Part shown: positions 1 to 10,488 of the stretch, in pieces | Position numbering within the stretch: position 1 is the stretch's first letter | Layout: every line of letters begins with the position of its first letter | From: an uncultured Gammaproteobacteria bacterium | GTDB taxonomy: Bacteria > Patescibacteriota > Patescibacteriia > Magasanikbacterales > GWA2-37-8 | Reading direction: 5' to 3' | DNA length: 64,000 bases | NCBI GenBank assembly: GCA_964641245.1 | Contig: CAZXML010000001.1 | Coordinates: 127,959-191,958 of the forward strand | Made by a program: the position numbers and the translations under genes | The notes under the pieces: generated by a model | The model's database searches: none | Told to the model about the DNA's origin: nothing | What the model saw: the letters and a program-made list of their open reading frames with translations, nothing else

Positions 1-3000
1 CAAAAATTGGCCGTCGATACAATTGACGGGCCTGTTTTGGTAATTGCGGGCCCCGGTTCCGGAAAAACCGAATTGTTAAGCATGCGGGTGGCGAATATTT
101 TAAAAAAAAGTGATGTGTATCCGTCGAATATTTTGTGCCTAACATTTACGGACAGCGCCGCCAAAAATATGAACGACAGACTTTCCGCTTTAATCGGAAT
201 TGACGCTCACAGAATATCTGTTCATACATTTCACAGTTTCGCCCTAAACATTAAAGATCGTTTTCAGGAAAATTTTTACGATGCCAGAAAAATGAATCCG
301 GCGGACGAGTTAATCCAAATAGAAACATTATCCGCCATCCTTTCCGCGCTCCCGTTGTCGGATGCCTTAAGTAAAAAAGGTCCGGACGGCGTTTATATTT
401 ATTTAAACAGTCTAAAAGACAGGATTGGAAAATTAAAAAAAGCCGGTATAACGCCGGATGAATATCAAAAAATTCTACAAACCAATTCTACGTGCTACAC
501 GGAAATTGAAAAAATAATTATTCCGGTATTTCAGGAAAGAATATCTAAAGGCATGCGCGATGAGCTGCCAAAAATAATAACCAAGTTGGGCGCCATTAAA
601 ACGCAGGGAACTCCGATTGAACATAGTAGTCTGTTGGATTACAAGGACTTAATAATAGAATCACTTACTTTTGCTTATGAAAAAGCCGTTGAGGAAGACG
701 GTACAAAAGCACTAACTGCCTGGAAGGATGAATGGTTAAAAAAAGACCCGGACACAAAGGAACTGCGCCTTAAAGACACGCATCAGCTGGAGCGAAACAC
801 ATCTCTGGCCGGCGTTTACGCGCTATATCAGGAAAAAATAGTAATGGCCGGATATGTGGATTTTGACGATATGATTATGGATCTTAACCGTGTATTGGGC
901 GATAAAAAGGGGATACTAAGCCAGCTTCAGGAACAATTCCAGTATATTCTGGTGGATGAATTTCAGGATACGAACGACGCGCAAATGAGAATTGTAAACC
1001 TTCTCGCGGATAATCCGGTCAATGAAGGTAAACCAAACATAATGGTTGTCGGAGATGATGATCAGGCGGTATACAAATTTCAGGGAGCGGAAATCAATAA
1101 TATTTTGCAATTTAAAAAGCAATATCCGGAAACTAAAATAATAACTCTTTCCAAAAATTACCGTTCCACAAAAGCGATTGTAGATTTTTCACAATTAATT
1201 ATTTCGCAGGGCGATGTCCGGCTCACAAATCAAATTAAGGAAATTGAAAAAAAATTAGAAGCCGCCAATCCGGACATTGCCGAGGGCGCCATTGTGGCCC
1301 ATACTTTTGACACGGCCCTGCATGAATATGCCTACATAGCGAACGAGATTAAGAATAAAATTGATAATGGCGTAAATCCGGATGATATTGCCGTTATCGC
1401 CAGAAATCACAGGCATTTGGAAATAGTGTCTAATTATCTGGAAGCGGAAAATATACCGGTTAGATATGAAAAGCAAAGAAACGTTTTGGATGAATCTCAA
1501 ATTCAACAGCTGATACTGCTGTCCCGTTTGGTAGAATCAATTTCTAATCAAAACATTAAACATCAGAATGATTTATTGCCACGGGTGTTATCGTTTCCTT
1601 TTTGGGAAATAGAGCGTGAAACAATTTGGCAATTGTCTATTGATGCTGGTAAAACAGTTAGAGATGATAAGGGGGGGCGCTGGATTGACACCATGCTTTC
1701 CGGAGATAATACTCATCTGAAGAATATTGCCGGCTGGCTTATATCAGTCGCGGGCGACGCGCAAACAAACACGCTGGATTTTCTGTTTGATAAACTAATC
1801 GGTCCGGCCGAAGATACGGAATCTTTTACGTCCCCGTTTCGGCGTTTTTATTTCAGCAAAGACAAATACGAAACAGACCCCAGAACTTATCTGCAGTTTT
1901 TATCCAGTTTAAATACATTCAAAAATACGGTTACTACGTATAGCGCTAGAACAAATTCAGCCCGTTTATCCGGTTTAGTAGAATGCGTTGCTGTCTACGA
2001 AAAAAACAACCTGGCAATTACCGATACCAGCCCTTATTTAAGCGGCGCCAACGCAGTTTCTCTTTTAACAGCGCATAAAGCGAAGGGGTCGGAATTTGAC
2101 ACCGTCTTTGTTGTAAATTGCCAAAACGATGTCTGGGCAAAATCACAAAACCGGGACACAATCGCATTCCCCAAAAACCTGCCGATTGATCCTTCCGGTG
2201 ATACTCTGGATGATTTTTTGCGTATTTTCTTTGTGGCTTTAACCAGAGCAAAAAGACATCTGTATGTCACCAGTTATATTATGGAGGAGAGCGGCAAAGA
2301 TTCTCTGCAAATTCCTTTTTTGGAGCCGTCGCTTTTTTCCTCTTTTAATCATAAGATCGATTCCGCTCATCAAAAAATGGAACTGCTGCACACAATAAAA
2401 ACTCTGGAAAAAATCATTCTGCCAAATGTCGGACCGATTGCCGTAGACGAACGCGTCATTCTTCAGCCCCTGCTCGATAATTATATAATGAGCGTCACGC
2501 ACCTGAACAATTTTCTTGATGTAAAAAAAGGCGGACCGCACCATTTCTTTGAACAGAATTTTTTACGTTTCCCCCAGGCAAAGTCGGTCAGCATGTCTTA
2601 CGGCACGGCCATGCACGAAACAGTCCAGGAAATCTATAACCAATTAAAGAGCGAGGGAAAAATTCCGTCATTATTAAAAGTACGGGAAATTTTCCATGAA
2701 AAATTAAAACACGAACCGATGGACGGACAGGAATTTGAAAAATATCTTGAGCAGGGCAATAAAACATGGAAAGTATACATGGAAAAAGCAGGGGGCCGTT
2801 TTAATAAATCTCACCGGATAGAAACTGATTTTAAAACACAACGTGTCATGGTTGAGAACGTTCAAATTACCGGTAAAATAGACAAGATAATTCCGAATGA
2901 GCAGGATAAGATATTTGAGGTTTATGATTTTAAAACCGGTAAATATCAAAGAAACTGGGAGGGTAAGGACGCAAGCAATAAAATTCAGCTTCATAATTAT

Positions 3001-3285
3001 AAAAGACAGCTTGTATTTTACAAGCTTTTGGTGGAAAGTTCGCGGGATTACAATAAATACACGGTAAATAACGGTTATCTGGAATTTTTGACACCGACCA
3101 CCGACGAGGAAATGATTATTTTACCGTACGCAATTACGACGGATGATGTAGAACGGTTAAAAAAATTAGTAGTAGCCGTTTATGGCAAAATACAAAATCT
3201 AGATTTTCCGGATATAAATAAGTATGAACAAACTCTAGACGGCATTCTGCAATTTGAGGATGATTTAATAAACGGCGCAGTTTAA
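1..3285 (+). CDS. UvrD/PcrA-family superfamily-1 helicase fused to a C-terminal PD-(D/E)XK (AddA/Cas4-like) nuclease domain. The 5' end is truncated by the window; the frame is open from nt 1.
   Basis: Walker A 'AGPGSGKTELL' lies near the N-terminus. 'LVDEFQDTN' (motif II) and 'VVGDDDQAVYKFQGA' (motif III) are present. The C-terminal 'YDFKTGKY...Y..K' block is nuclease-like. The ORF is 1092 aa and the reading frame continues upstream of nt 7. Confidence 0.75.
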   Translation, partial: QKLAVDTIDGPVLVIAGPGSGKTELLSMRVANILKKSDVYPSNILCLTFTDSAAKNMNDRLSALIGIDAHRISVHTFHSFALNIKDRFQENFYDARKMNPADELIQIETLSAILSALPLSDALSKKGPDGVYIYLNSLKDRIGKLKKAGITPDEYQKILQTNSTCYTEIEKIIIPVFQERISKGMRDELPKIITKLGAIKTQGTPIEHSSLLDYKDLIIESLTFAYEKAVEEDGTKALTAWKDEWLKKDPDTKELRLKDTHQLERNTSLAGVYALYQEKIVMAGYVDFDDMIMDLNRVLGDKKGILSQLQEQFQYILVDEFQDTNDAQMRIVNLLADNPVNEGKPNIMVVGDDDQAVYKFQGAEINNILQFKKQYPETKIITLSKNYRSTKAIVDFSQLIISQGDVRLTNQIKEIEKKLEAANPDIAEGAIVAHTFDTALHEYAYIANEIKNKIDNGVNPDDIAVIARNHRHLEIVSNYLEAENIPVRYEKQRNVLDESQIQQLILLSRLVESISNQNIKHQNDLLPRVLSFPFWEIERETIWQLSIDAGKTVRDDKGGRWIDTMLSGDNTHLKNIAGWLISVAGDAQTNTLDFLFDKLIGPAEDTESFTSPFRRFYFSKDKYETDPRTYLQFLSSLNTFKNTVTTYSARTNSARLSGLVECVAVYEKNNLAITDTSPYLSGANAVSLLTAHKAKGSEFDTVFVVNCQNDVWAKSQNRDTIAFPKNLPIDPSGDTLDDFLRIFFVALTRAKRHLYVTSYIMEESGKDSLQIPFLEPSLFSSFNHKIDSAHQKMELLHTIKTLEKIILPNVGPIAVDERVILQPLLDNYIMSVTHLNNFLDVKKGGPHHFFEQNFLRFPQAKSVSMSYGTAMHETVQEIYNQLKSEGKIPSLLKVREIFHEKLKHEPMDGQEFEKYLEQGNKTWKVYMEKAGGRFNKSHRIETDFKTQRVMVENVQITGKIDKIIPNEQDKIFEVYDFKTGKYQRNWEGKDASNKIQLHNYKRQLVFYKLLVESSRDYNKYTVNNGYLEFLTPTTDEEMIILPYAITTDDVERLKKLVVAVYGKIQNLDFPDINKYEQTLDGILQFEDDLINGAV

Positions 3286-3294
3286 TTTAAGCTT

Positions 3295-3594
3295 ATGTCA
3301 GTGCAATCTCTGGGAGAAATATTAAAAAAACAAATGAAACAGCCGGTGCAGGGCTGGAAGCATGTGGAAGCTTCCATGGTGGTGGAAAAAACAAATGAAG
3401 TTTTAAAAGAATTCTTTGGAGCGGAATCAACCAGATTCGCGCAAGCCGTATATTTTAAGGAGCGGACAATTACCATTACTTGTTTAAGTTCGGTTATGGC
3501 CCAGGAAATAAAACTGAATGAGAAAAAAATCATCTTGGCTTTAAACGATAAATTAGGCGGTCAAACAGTGGAAAAAGTACGGTATTTAGCGTAA
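3295..3594 (+). CDS. DUF721/DciA-like small protein
   Basis: The protein is 99 aa. The block 'VYFKERTITITCLSSVMAQEIKLNEKKIILALNDKLGGQTVEKVRY' resembles the DUF721 consensus. Confidence 0.45.
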   Translation: MSVQSLGEILKKQMKQPVQGWKHVEASMVVEKTNEVLKEFFGAESTRFAQAVYFKERTITITCLSSVMAQEIKLNEKKIILALNDKLGGQTVEKVRYLA

Positions 3595-3641
3595 AAATAC
3601 CTATTGCATAACCATGAAAAAAAGGCTAAGATACTAGGACT

Positions 3642-4040
3642 ATGACTTTGCGCCAATATCTTGTTTTAATGTCCATAGGGGCGGTCGTCTGCTGGTTAGC
3701 ATGGTTTTTTGTGTTAGGAAGCGTAGATCCATCCCAGTCCGGAATTTTTGGCTTCATATTTTTTTATACCAGCTTATTTCTGGCGCTGGCCGGAACTTTT
3801 TCCGTTATCGGTTTTCTGGTAAAAAAAATCGTTTTGAAAAATGATCAGATTGTTTTTCACCACGTTAAAAGCACATTCAGACAAAGCATGCTGACGGCCG
3901 GAGTAATTATTTTTGGCCTAATTTTACTCCAAATTAAACTGCTGGCGTGGTGGAACGCAATTTTACTGCTGTTGCTTTTCGCGGCCATAGAGGCTGTCGT
4001 CTTTACAAATCGAAAATTCAGTAACGGGAAGTTTATTTAA
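3642..4040 (+). CDS. hypothetical small integral membrane protein, 3-4 TM helices
   Basis: Hydrophobic segments throughout; I recognise no other motif. Confidence 0.4.
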   Translation: MTLRQYLVLMSIGAVVCWLAWFFVLGSVDPSQSGIFGFIFFYTSLFLALAGTFSVIGFLVKKIVLKNDQIVFHHVKSTFRQSMLTAGVIIFGLILLQIKLLAWWNAILLLLLFAAIEAVVFTNRKFSNGKFI

Positions 4041-4069
4041 GCGTCGCGTTTCAAAGGACGCTACGCGAC

Positions 4070-5137
4070 GTGATTTCGTTAAATCATATGTTTGAGAACC
4101 TGCTGGGAAAACTGAGAAAAGATATTGGTATAGATTTGGGTACGGCAAATACTCTTGTTTATGTTAAAGGACGCGGAATAATTATTAATGAACCAAGCGT
4201 GGTGGCCGTTAACACCAAGACCGAACAAATTCTTGCTGTCGGTAATGAGGCCAAAGAAATGCTCGGCAAAACCCCGCCTCATATTCTTACTACCCGTCCG
4301 CTCATCAGTGGTATTATTTCCGACTTCGAAGTTACGGAAAAAATGCTTAAATATTTTATTGACAAGGTTTATGAAGACAGTATGAATTTTATGACCCGCC
4401 CCAGAGTGGTGGTTGGCGCGCCGCTGGAAATTACCGAGGTAGAACTTAAAGCTATTAACGACGCGGTTATTAACGCTGGCGCCCGGGAAGTAATTGTGGT
4501 TCAGGAACCAATGGCCGCGGCTATCGGCGCCCGCATGCCAATACGCGAACCGGTCGGAAGTTTTATCGTGGAAATTGGCGGCGGGACTTCCGAAATTGCC
4601 GTTATCTCTTTAAGCGGCATAGTTACATGGCGTTCCATTCCGGTTGCCGGAGACGAACTCAACCGTAATATTATACAATATGCCCGGGACAATTTTAATC
4701 TGTTGTTGGGAGAAAAACAGGCGGAAGAAATCAAAATTAAAATTGGATCGGCCATAGAGCTACATGAACCAATGCACTTCCCAATGCGCGGCCGCGATCT
4801 TGTTTCCGGACTGCCTAAAGAAATTATGATTAATGATTCACAGGTTAGAGAAGCTATTACAAAATCACTACGGACCATCATAGAAAATATAAAAGGCACT
4901 CTGGAAATTACACCGCCAGAATTGGTCGCCGATATTCACGAAAGGGGAATAGTGCTTTCCGGCGGTGGCGCTCTTTTGCGCGGTTTCGACCAACTAATTG
5001 CCCGCGCCATCGAAATTCCGGTTCGCATTGCCGACGATCCGTTAACTTCCGTGGTTAGAGGAACAGGCCTGCTTCTGGATGACGATGAACTTCTTAAAGA
5101 AATCGCTGTTAAAACTCAAAATCAAGGATCTTCCTAG
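4070..5137 (+). CDS. mreB: rod shape-determining actin-like protein MreB
   Basis: 'IGIDLGTANTLVYVKGRGIIINEPSVVA' and 'VVVGAP', plus the full actin/Hsp70 fold motifs. Confidence 0.9.
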   Translation: MISLNHMFENLLGKLRKDIGIDLGTANTLVYVKGRGIIINEPSVVAVNTKTEQILAVGNEAKEMLGKTPPHILTTRPLISGIISDFEVTEKMLKYFIDKVYEDSMNFMTRPRVVVGAPLEITEVELKAINDAVINAGAREVIVVQEPMAAAIGARMPIREPVGSFIVEIGGGTSEIAVISLSGIVTWRSIPVAGDELNRNIIQYARDNFNLLLGEKQAEEIKIKIGSAIELHEPMHFPMRGRDLVSGLPKEIMINDSQVREAITKSLRTIIENIKGTLEITPPELVADIHERGIVLSGGGALLRGFDQLIARAIEIPVRIADDPLTSVVRGTGLLLDDDELLKEIAVKTQNQGSS

Positions 5138-5146
5138 TAAATTACT

Positions 5147-5947
5147 ATGCTTCGTTTTAAGGCAAAAAATTACTTTTTTTTAGGATTTATATTCGTGTTG
5201 CTTATTTTTTTCCATTATTTTGGGTGGCTTGGCGCGCTGGAACACGGTGTACGTTCTTTAATAATTCCTATTTCCACCAAAATAACACAATGGCGCTTGT
5301 CTTCACAGGATTCTTACAATTATTTTGCCAATCAAAAAAATCTGGTTGGTCAATACAATAAATGTCTCAGTGAAGATCAGGACTCGGATGTAGCCGACGC
5401 AAGAATAAAGGATCTGGAAAAAGAAAACAATGAAATCAGAAAACAACTGAATTTTTTTCATCGCCGAAATTTTACGGCTGTAGGCGCTGACATCGTTGGC
5501 CAAAGCTCCAACAGCGCGGAAAAAATGGTAATAATTGATGCGGGTAGTAGCGCGGGAATAAAACTTGGTCAACCGGTTGTCGCCAGAGACGGAATTCTGG
5601 TAGGCACAATTGCCAAGGTTGAAAGAGATATCGCCATGGTGCGTTTAATAAATGACAACCAGAGCAAAATAGCGGCCACAATTTTAAATAAAGACGGCAG
5701 TTTGGGTGTAGTGGAGGGTGGTTATGGTTTAAGTGTACGAATGAATTTCATACCAAGAAATGAAACAGTGCTTATCGGTGATAAAATTATTACCTCCGGT
5801 TTGGAACAGGCAATTCCGCGCGGTTTGCTGATTGGTGAAGTTGCGGTTGCCGAAAATGAGGCCTACCAGCCGTTTCAACAGGCGGTCCTCACCACCGCCA
5901 TCGACCTCTACAAACTCACTATTGTCAGCGTTCTGATTTCCAACTAA
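5147..5947 (+). CDS. mreC: rod shape-determining protein MreC
   Basis: N-terminal TM helix, a coiled coil ('IKDLEKENNEIRKQL'), then a beta-rich domain ('GQPVVARDGILVGTIAKV'). Lies immediately downstream of mreB. Confidence 0.7.
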   Translation: MLRFKAKNYFFLGFIFVLLIFFHYFGWLGALEHGVRSLIIPISTKITQWRLSSQDSYNYFANQKNLVGQYNKCLSEDQDSDVADARIKDLEKENNEIRKQLNFFHRRNFTAVGADIVGQSSNSAEKMVIIDAGSSAGIKLGQPVVARDGILVGTIAKVERDIAMVRLINDNQSKIAATILNKDGSLGVVEGGYGLSVRMNFIPRNETVLIGDKIITSGLEQAIPRGLLIGEVAVAENEAYQPFQQAVLTTAIDLYKLTIVSVLISN

Positions 5948-5958
5948 CCCTTCCGCCT

Positions 5959-6504
5959 ATGTTGCAACTATTCTGGAGAACGCTGCGCTTTATTTTCATT
6001 ATCTTCGCAATCTTAATAACGCATGTTTTTGTAATTAATTTTTTACCTTCCCCTTTTAATCATATAAATATTACTTTTTCCTTATTGCTGCTGTTTTTAA
6101 CAGCCAACTCAGATAGAAAAATAATCTGGCTCGGTTTAATTGTTTCTTATTTATCGGAGCTGTTCAGCGGCGCGCCATTTGGAATTGGCATGGCGTCCAC
6201 CATTATCAGTCTTCTGGTAATTAACTGGTTTCAGCTTAATATTCTAACAAACCGGTCCGGATATATGGTGTTTTTATCGTTGTTTTTTGGTGTCACTTTG
6301 TATAGAGCTATATTTATCCTGTTTCTGACAGTTAATAATTATTTTTCCCACCAGGAACCGCTTTCATACCGGGAAATCATAACGATTGCCGGCTGGGAAA
6401 TTCTCCTGTCATCCGTAGTCGTATTTATACTGTATTTCTTATACTCATTATTTTTAAAAAGTCTTAATCCGGCGCGTAAAAAGAGCGGAATGATATATGT
6501 CTAA
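5959..6504 (+). CDS. mreD: rod shape-determining protein MreD-like polytopic membrane protein
   Basis: 181 aa and very hydrophobic. Its position between mreC and the PBP2 gene supports the call. Confidence 0.45.
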   Translation: MLQLFWRTLRFIFIIFAILITHVFVINFLPSPFNHINITFSLLLLFLTANSDRKIIWLGLIVSYLSELFSGAPFGIGMASTIISLLVINWFQLNILTNRSGYMVFLSLFFGVTLYRAIFILFLTVNNYFSHQEPLSYREIITIAGWEILLSSVVVFILYFLYSLFLKSLNPARKKSGMIYV

Positions 6505-8464
6505 TTTATTTAATATTTCAGAGGACAAAATAAATCACGGAAGTTTGGAGGGAAAATATAACCACAACTGGGTGGAGGAGTCTTTTAATTTTGAAGGTGA
6601 ATCCGGAAAGCAAATACCGATAGCGCAGACAAAAACATATCTTGGAACCAGCATAACAAGAAAGAAGATTTTTATATTAAGTCTGATGATAATCGCCGGA
6701 CTGACGGTTATGGCCGGTAGAACTTTTTATCTGCAAACAATTAAAGGGGACTACTACCGCGGTTTGGCCGAGGGTAACCGAATTCGTCTTCGCCCAATAT
6801 TTTCCGAACGGGGAATAATTTATGATAAATTTCACACAGAACTTGTTGAAAACGTGCCTAATTTTTCCTTAACTATGATTCCGCAGGATTTACCGCGCAA
6901 CCCCGAAGAACGCAGAGTCATTATTGATAAGGTTGTAAGCTTAAGCGGAGTTCCAAAAGAAAAAATAAATTCATTGCTAAAAAAATATAACACTTACAGC
7001 TACGCATCTTTGGTTATTAAGGAAAATCTAGATTACGAATCAGCTTTAAAATTATACATCCAGAGCTCGCAATTACCCGGCATTTCCATAGAAAAGGGGA
7101 GTAAGCGAAAATATATTACCGGCAATAGCTCTGCCACCAGCTCACTTAGCGTTTCGCACCTGCTGGGGTATTTGGCAAAACTTAACGATGAAGAAACACT
7201 GAAATTAAAAGACAACGGCTATTTACCGTTTGATAATATCGGAAAAACCGGTTTAGAAAAAACATATGAAGCGGAGTTGCGCGGAAAATACGGTATCAAA
7301 AAAGTAGAGGTTAATGCCACCGGCCACGAACAGTCTGTTTTGGCCGAGGAACCTCCTCAACCAGGGAAAAATCTGGTGCTGACATTGGATCTTGAAGCGC
7401 AAAAAAAACTGGAGGATCTGATAAGAGAAATGTTGGCCAGAACTCATAAAAAAAGAGCGGCCGCTATCGCTATGGACCCGAGGGACGGATCTATTTTAGC
7501 CATAGTCAGTTTACCGGCATTTGATAATAATGAATTCTCCGGCGGAATCAGCCAGCAAAATTATGATAAATATATCAATAATCCGGATAATCCGCTGTTT
7601 AACCGGGCGATTGGCGGCGCCTATCCGTCCGGTTCAACAATTAAGCTTGTTATTTCTGCGGCCGCATTACAGGAAAAAATAATAACCTCCCGCACGACTT
7701 TTTTAAGCAAGGGTGGATTGGAAATCGGCGACCGTTTTTTTAAAGATTGGAAAGTTGGCGGACACGGAATTACCAATGTTACCAAAGCCCTGGCCTGGTC
7801 GGTTAACACCTTTTATTATTATATCGGCGGTGGATATAAAGATTTTGTCGGTTTAGGGGTAGACAGAATTGTGAAATATATGCTATATTTTGGCATTTCC
7901 CAAAAAACCGGCATAGATTTGACCGGCGAAGCCGCGGGGTTCGCGCCCAGCAAGGATTGGAAATTAAAAACAAAAGGGGAGACATGGTTTGTCGGTGATA
8001 CCTACAATCTGGCAATCGGCCAGGGAGATTTACTGGTCACGCCTCTGCAGGTGGCTGTCTGGACGGCGGCGGTGGCAAACGGCGGCAATGTGGTTCAGCC
8101 TCATCTGGCAAACAAACTGGAGGAGCCAATAACCCACAAAGAAATTTCTTTAAATTTCAGTAAACGCGCAATTCCCGTATCACCGGAAAATCTGGCAATT
8201 GTCCGCCAGGGCATGAAAGACTGCGTATCCTACGGAAGCTGCCAAATGATGAAAAACCTGCCATTTGCCAGTGGCGGAAAAACCGGTACGGCTCAATGGA
8301 GCGCTACCAAGGAAAACCACGCCTGGTTCACCTCATTTGCGCCGTTTGATAGTCCAAAAATTGTGGTGACCGTATTAATTGAAGAGGGTAAAGAAGGCAG
8401 TGTGGTGGCCGAGCCGATTGCCCGTGATTTTCTGGCATGGTGGGGGGAAAAATACGCAAACTAG
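6497..8464 (+). CDS. mrdA: penicillin-binding protein 2 (peptidoglycan transpeptidase)
   Basis: N-terminal TM helix. Carries the SxxK 'STIK', SxN 'SVN' and KTG 'KTGTA' motifs. Overlaps the mreD stop. Confidence 0.85.
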   Translation: MSNLFNISEDKINHGSLEGKYNHNWVEESFNFEGESGKQIPIAQTKTYLGTSITRKKIFILSLMIIAGLTVMAGRTFYLQTIKGDYYRGLAEGNRIRLRPIFSERGIIYDKFHTELVENVPNFSLTMIPQDLPRNPEERRVIIDKVVSLSGVPKEKINSLLKKYNTYSYASLVIKENLDYESALKLYIQSSQLPGISIEKGSKRKYITGNSSATSSLSVSHLLGYLAKLNDEETLKLKDNGYLPFDNIGKTGLEKTYEAELRGKYGIKKVEVNATGHEQSVLAEEPPQPGKNLVLTLDLEAQKKLEDLIREMLARTHKKRAAAIAMDPRDGSILAIVSLPAFDNNEFSGGISQQNYDKYINNPDNPLFNRAIGGAYPSGSTIKLVISAAALQEKIITSRTTFLSKGGLEIGDRFFKDWKVGGHGITNVTKALAWSVNTFYYYIGGGYKDFVGLGVDRIVKYMLYFGISQKTGIDLTGEAAGFAPSKDWKLKTKGETWFVGDTYNLAIGQGDLLVTPLQVAVWTAAVANGGNVVQPHLANKLEEPITHKEISLNFSKRAIPVSPENLAIVRQGMKDCVSYGSCQMMKNLPFASGGKTGTAQWSATKENHAWFTSFAPFDSPKIVVTVLIEEGKEGSVVAEPIARDFLAWWGEKYAN

Positions 8465-8481
8465 GACACAATTTCCTTGCT

Positions 8482-8510
8482 TTACTCACCACCTATAGTC
8501 GTGGTATAAT
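8482..8510 (+). promoter_or_regulatory. sigma70-like promoter with an extended -10 (TGgTATAAT) upstream of greA
   Basis: 'ttactc' is followed by 17 nt and then 'tggtataat' at 8502-8510. Confidence 0.45.
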
Positions 8511-8538
8511 TTTTTAGTCAGGAACTTAAAATATTGAT

Positions 8539-9009
8539 ATGTCTAATGATAAAATTCACTACGTTTCCGCTCAAGGATTAATAGATATGCAAAAAGAACT
8601 GGAGGAATTAAAAGATAAAAAGATCCCCCTTATCGCCAGTCTGATAGACGAGGCTAAACAACAGGGCGACTTGTCTGAAAACGCGGAATATGACCAGGCT
8701 AAAGAACAAATGGCCTGGGCGCAAGGACGTCTCCGTGAAATTCGTTACCTGCTGGATCACGCCGAGGTTGTTGAATCCGTTAAGAAAAATCAAGGGGTGG
8801 TAATCGTAGGAAGTGTGATTGTAATAAAAACCGGAAGCGCCACCAAAACCTATACTATTGTCGGCCATCACGAAGCCAATCCGCTAATCGGAAAAATATC
8901 TAACGAATCTCCCTTGGGCGAATCTTTTCTGGGGCATAAAGTTGGCGACAATGTTGAAGTAAGCACGCCTGCCGGTAAACAAACCTACGAGATTTTAGAA
9001 ATTAAATGA
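8539..9009 (+). CDS. greA: transcription elongation factor GreA
   Basis: N-terminal coiled coil 'GDLSENAEYDQAKEQMAWAQGRLREI' and a C-terminal FKBP-like domain. Confidence 0.85.
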   Translation: MSNDKIHYVSAQGLIDMQKELEELKDKKIPLIASLIDEAKQQGDLSENAEYDQAKEQMAWAQGRLREIRYLLDHAEVVESVKKNQGVVIVGSVIVIKTGSATKTYTIVGHHEANPLIGKISNESPLGESFLGHKVGDNVEVSTPAGKQTYEILEIK

Positions 9010-9013
9010 TAAT

Positions 9014-10474
9014 ATGTCAGATCAAATTCAAGAAGACAAAGTAAGGCTGGAACGCCTGGAACAAATGCGCGCTCTTGGAATGAATCCGTATCCGAGCCAT
9101 ACGGACAACAGAATTTCCTTAGAGGAGGCAAAAGCTAAACCGGAAAAAACACAGGTACAAATTGCCGGGCGTTTAATTTCCAAAAGAGAAATGGGTAAAA
9201 TTTGCTTTTCTCACTTAAAAGACGCAAGCGGTAAATTACAGCTGGCTTTTTCTGAGAAAGAACTGGGTAAAGAAAGCTACAAATTATTTACAAAATATTT
9301 TGATCTGGGAGATTTTATTCATGTAGACGGAGAAATTTTTGTAACACACAAAGGCGAATTAAGCGTACTGGTCAAAAACTATAAACTTCTGACTAAAACT
9401 CTTCTGCCGTTGCCGGAAAAATTTCACGGGCTGGCAGATATGGAAACCAGATACAGACAAAAATACTTAGACCTAATCGCCAATGAAGAATCAATGAAGA
9501 TTGCCAAAACCCGCAGTCTGGTTGTCCGTGAAATAAGAAAATATTTTGATTGCCAAGGGTTTTTTGAAGTTGAAACTCCGGTGTTGCAGTCGCTTTACGG
9601 CGGGGCTTCGGCCAAACCTTTTAAAACGCACCATAACGCCCTTAATATCCCGCTTTTTCTCCGCATAGCGCCGGAATTATACTTAAAACGCTTAATTGTG
9701 GGCGGGTTTGAAAAAGTGTATGAAATCGCAAAATGCTTTCGCAACGAAGGCATAGACAACAATCATAATCCGGAATTTACTCAAGTTGAGTTTTATTGGG
9801 CCTATGCCGATTATAACGACTTAATGAATTTAATTGAGGATTTTTTGCCAAAAATTATTCAGGCAGCCGGCTTGCCTCTCAAATTTAAATCCCAGAATCA
9901 GGATGTTGATTTTACGCCGCCATATCCGCGCAAAACCATGCGGGAATTAATTAAGGAATACGCCAAAATTGACATCAAAGAATGCCCGGATCAAAAATCA
10001 TTGTTTGCCAAAATAAAAAAATTAAATATTGAAGGAGTTGACGCAAAAACAGGGTACGGAAAAATGGTTGACGAAATTTATAAAACCTACGCGCGTCCAA
10101 AAATTATCAATCCGATTTTTATGATTGATCATCCGGTAGAACTTTCTCCGCTGGCCAAACGAAAAGCGGATAATCCTAAATATGTAGAGCGCATGCAGTT
10201 AGTCTGTGTGGGCGGTAACGAGTTGTGCAACGGCTTTTCCGAATTAAACGATCCGCTGGATCAGGAATCGAGATTTAAGGAACAGGAACATCTGCGCGCC
10301 GCCGGCGACGAAGAAAGCATGCCATACGACGACGACTATATTACCGCTCTTAAACACGGTATGCCTCCAACAGCCGGTTTAGGTATGGGCATAGACCGCC
10401 TGATAAAACTTCTGGTTGATGCGCCAAATTTGAAAGAGGTAATACTTTTTCCCATGTTAAAACCGGAAAAATAA
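9014..10474 (+). CDS. lysS: lysyl-tRNA synthetase (class II)
   Basis: 'RYRQKYLDLIANEE', 'FFEVETPVLQ' and class II motifs 2 and 3 ('GLGMGIDRL'). Confidence 0.9.
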   Translation: MSDQIQEDKVRLERLEQMRALGMNPYPSHTDNRISLEEAKAKPEKTQVQIAGRLISKREMGKICFSHLKDASGKLQLAFSEKELGKESYKLFTKYFDLGDFIHVDGEIFVTHKGELSVLVKNYKLLTKTLLPLPEKFHGLADMETRYRQKYLDLIANEESMKIAKTRSLVVREIRKYFDCQGFFEVETPVLQSLYGGASAKPFKTHHNALNIPLFLRIAPELYLKRLIVGGFEKVYEIAKCFRNEGIDNNHNPEFTQVEFYWAYADYNDLMNLIEDFLPKIIQAAGLPLKFKSQNQDVDFTPPYPRKTMRELIKEYAKIDIKECPDQKSLFAKIKKLNIEGVDAKTGYGKMVDEIYKTYARPKIINPIFMIDHPVELSPLAKRKADNPKYVERMQLVCVGGNELCNGFSELNDPLDQESRFKEQEHLRAAGDEESMPYDDDYITALKHGMPPTAGLGMGIDRLIKLLVDAPNLKEVILFPMLKPEK

Positions 10475-10488
10475 AACTCAAAAGTCCT

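Noticed and set aside
916-3533. Numerous short ORFs of 60-101 aa antisense to or overlapping the helicase and DUF721 genes.
   Set aside because: They lie inside a well-supported long CDS, have no RBS and no recognisable motifs.
4041-4069. A GC-rich alternative-hairpin element (AGCGTC...GACGCT / CGTCGCG...CGCGACG) lies between the small membrane-protein gene and mreB.
   Set aside because: It is only about 29 nt and has no T-tract or repeat-family signature. It could be a weak terminator or just a structured UTR.
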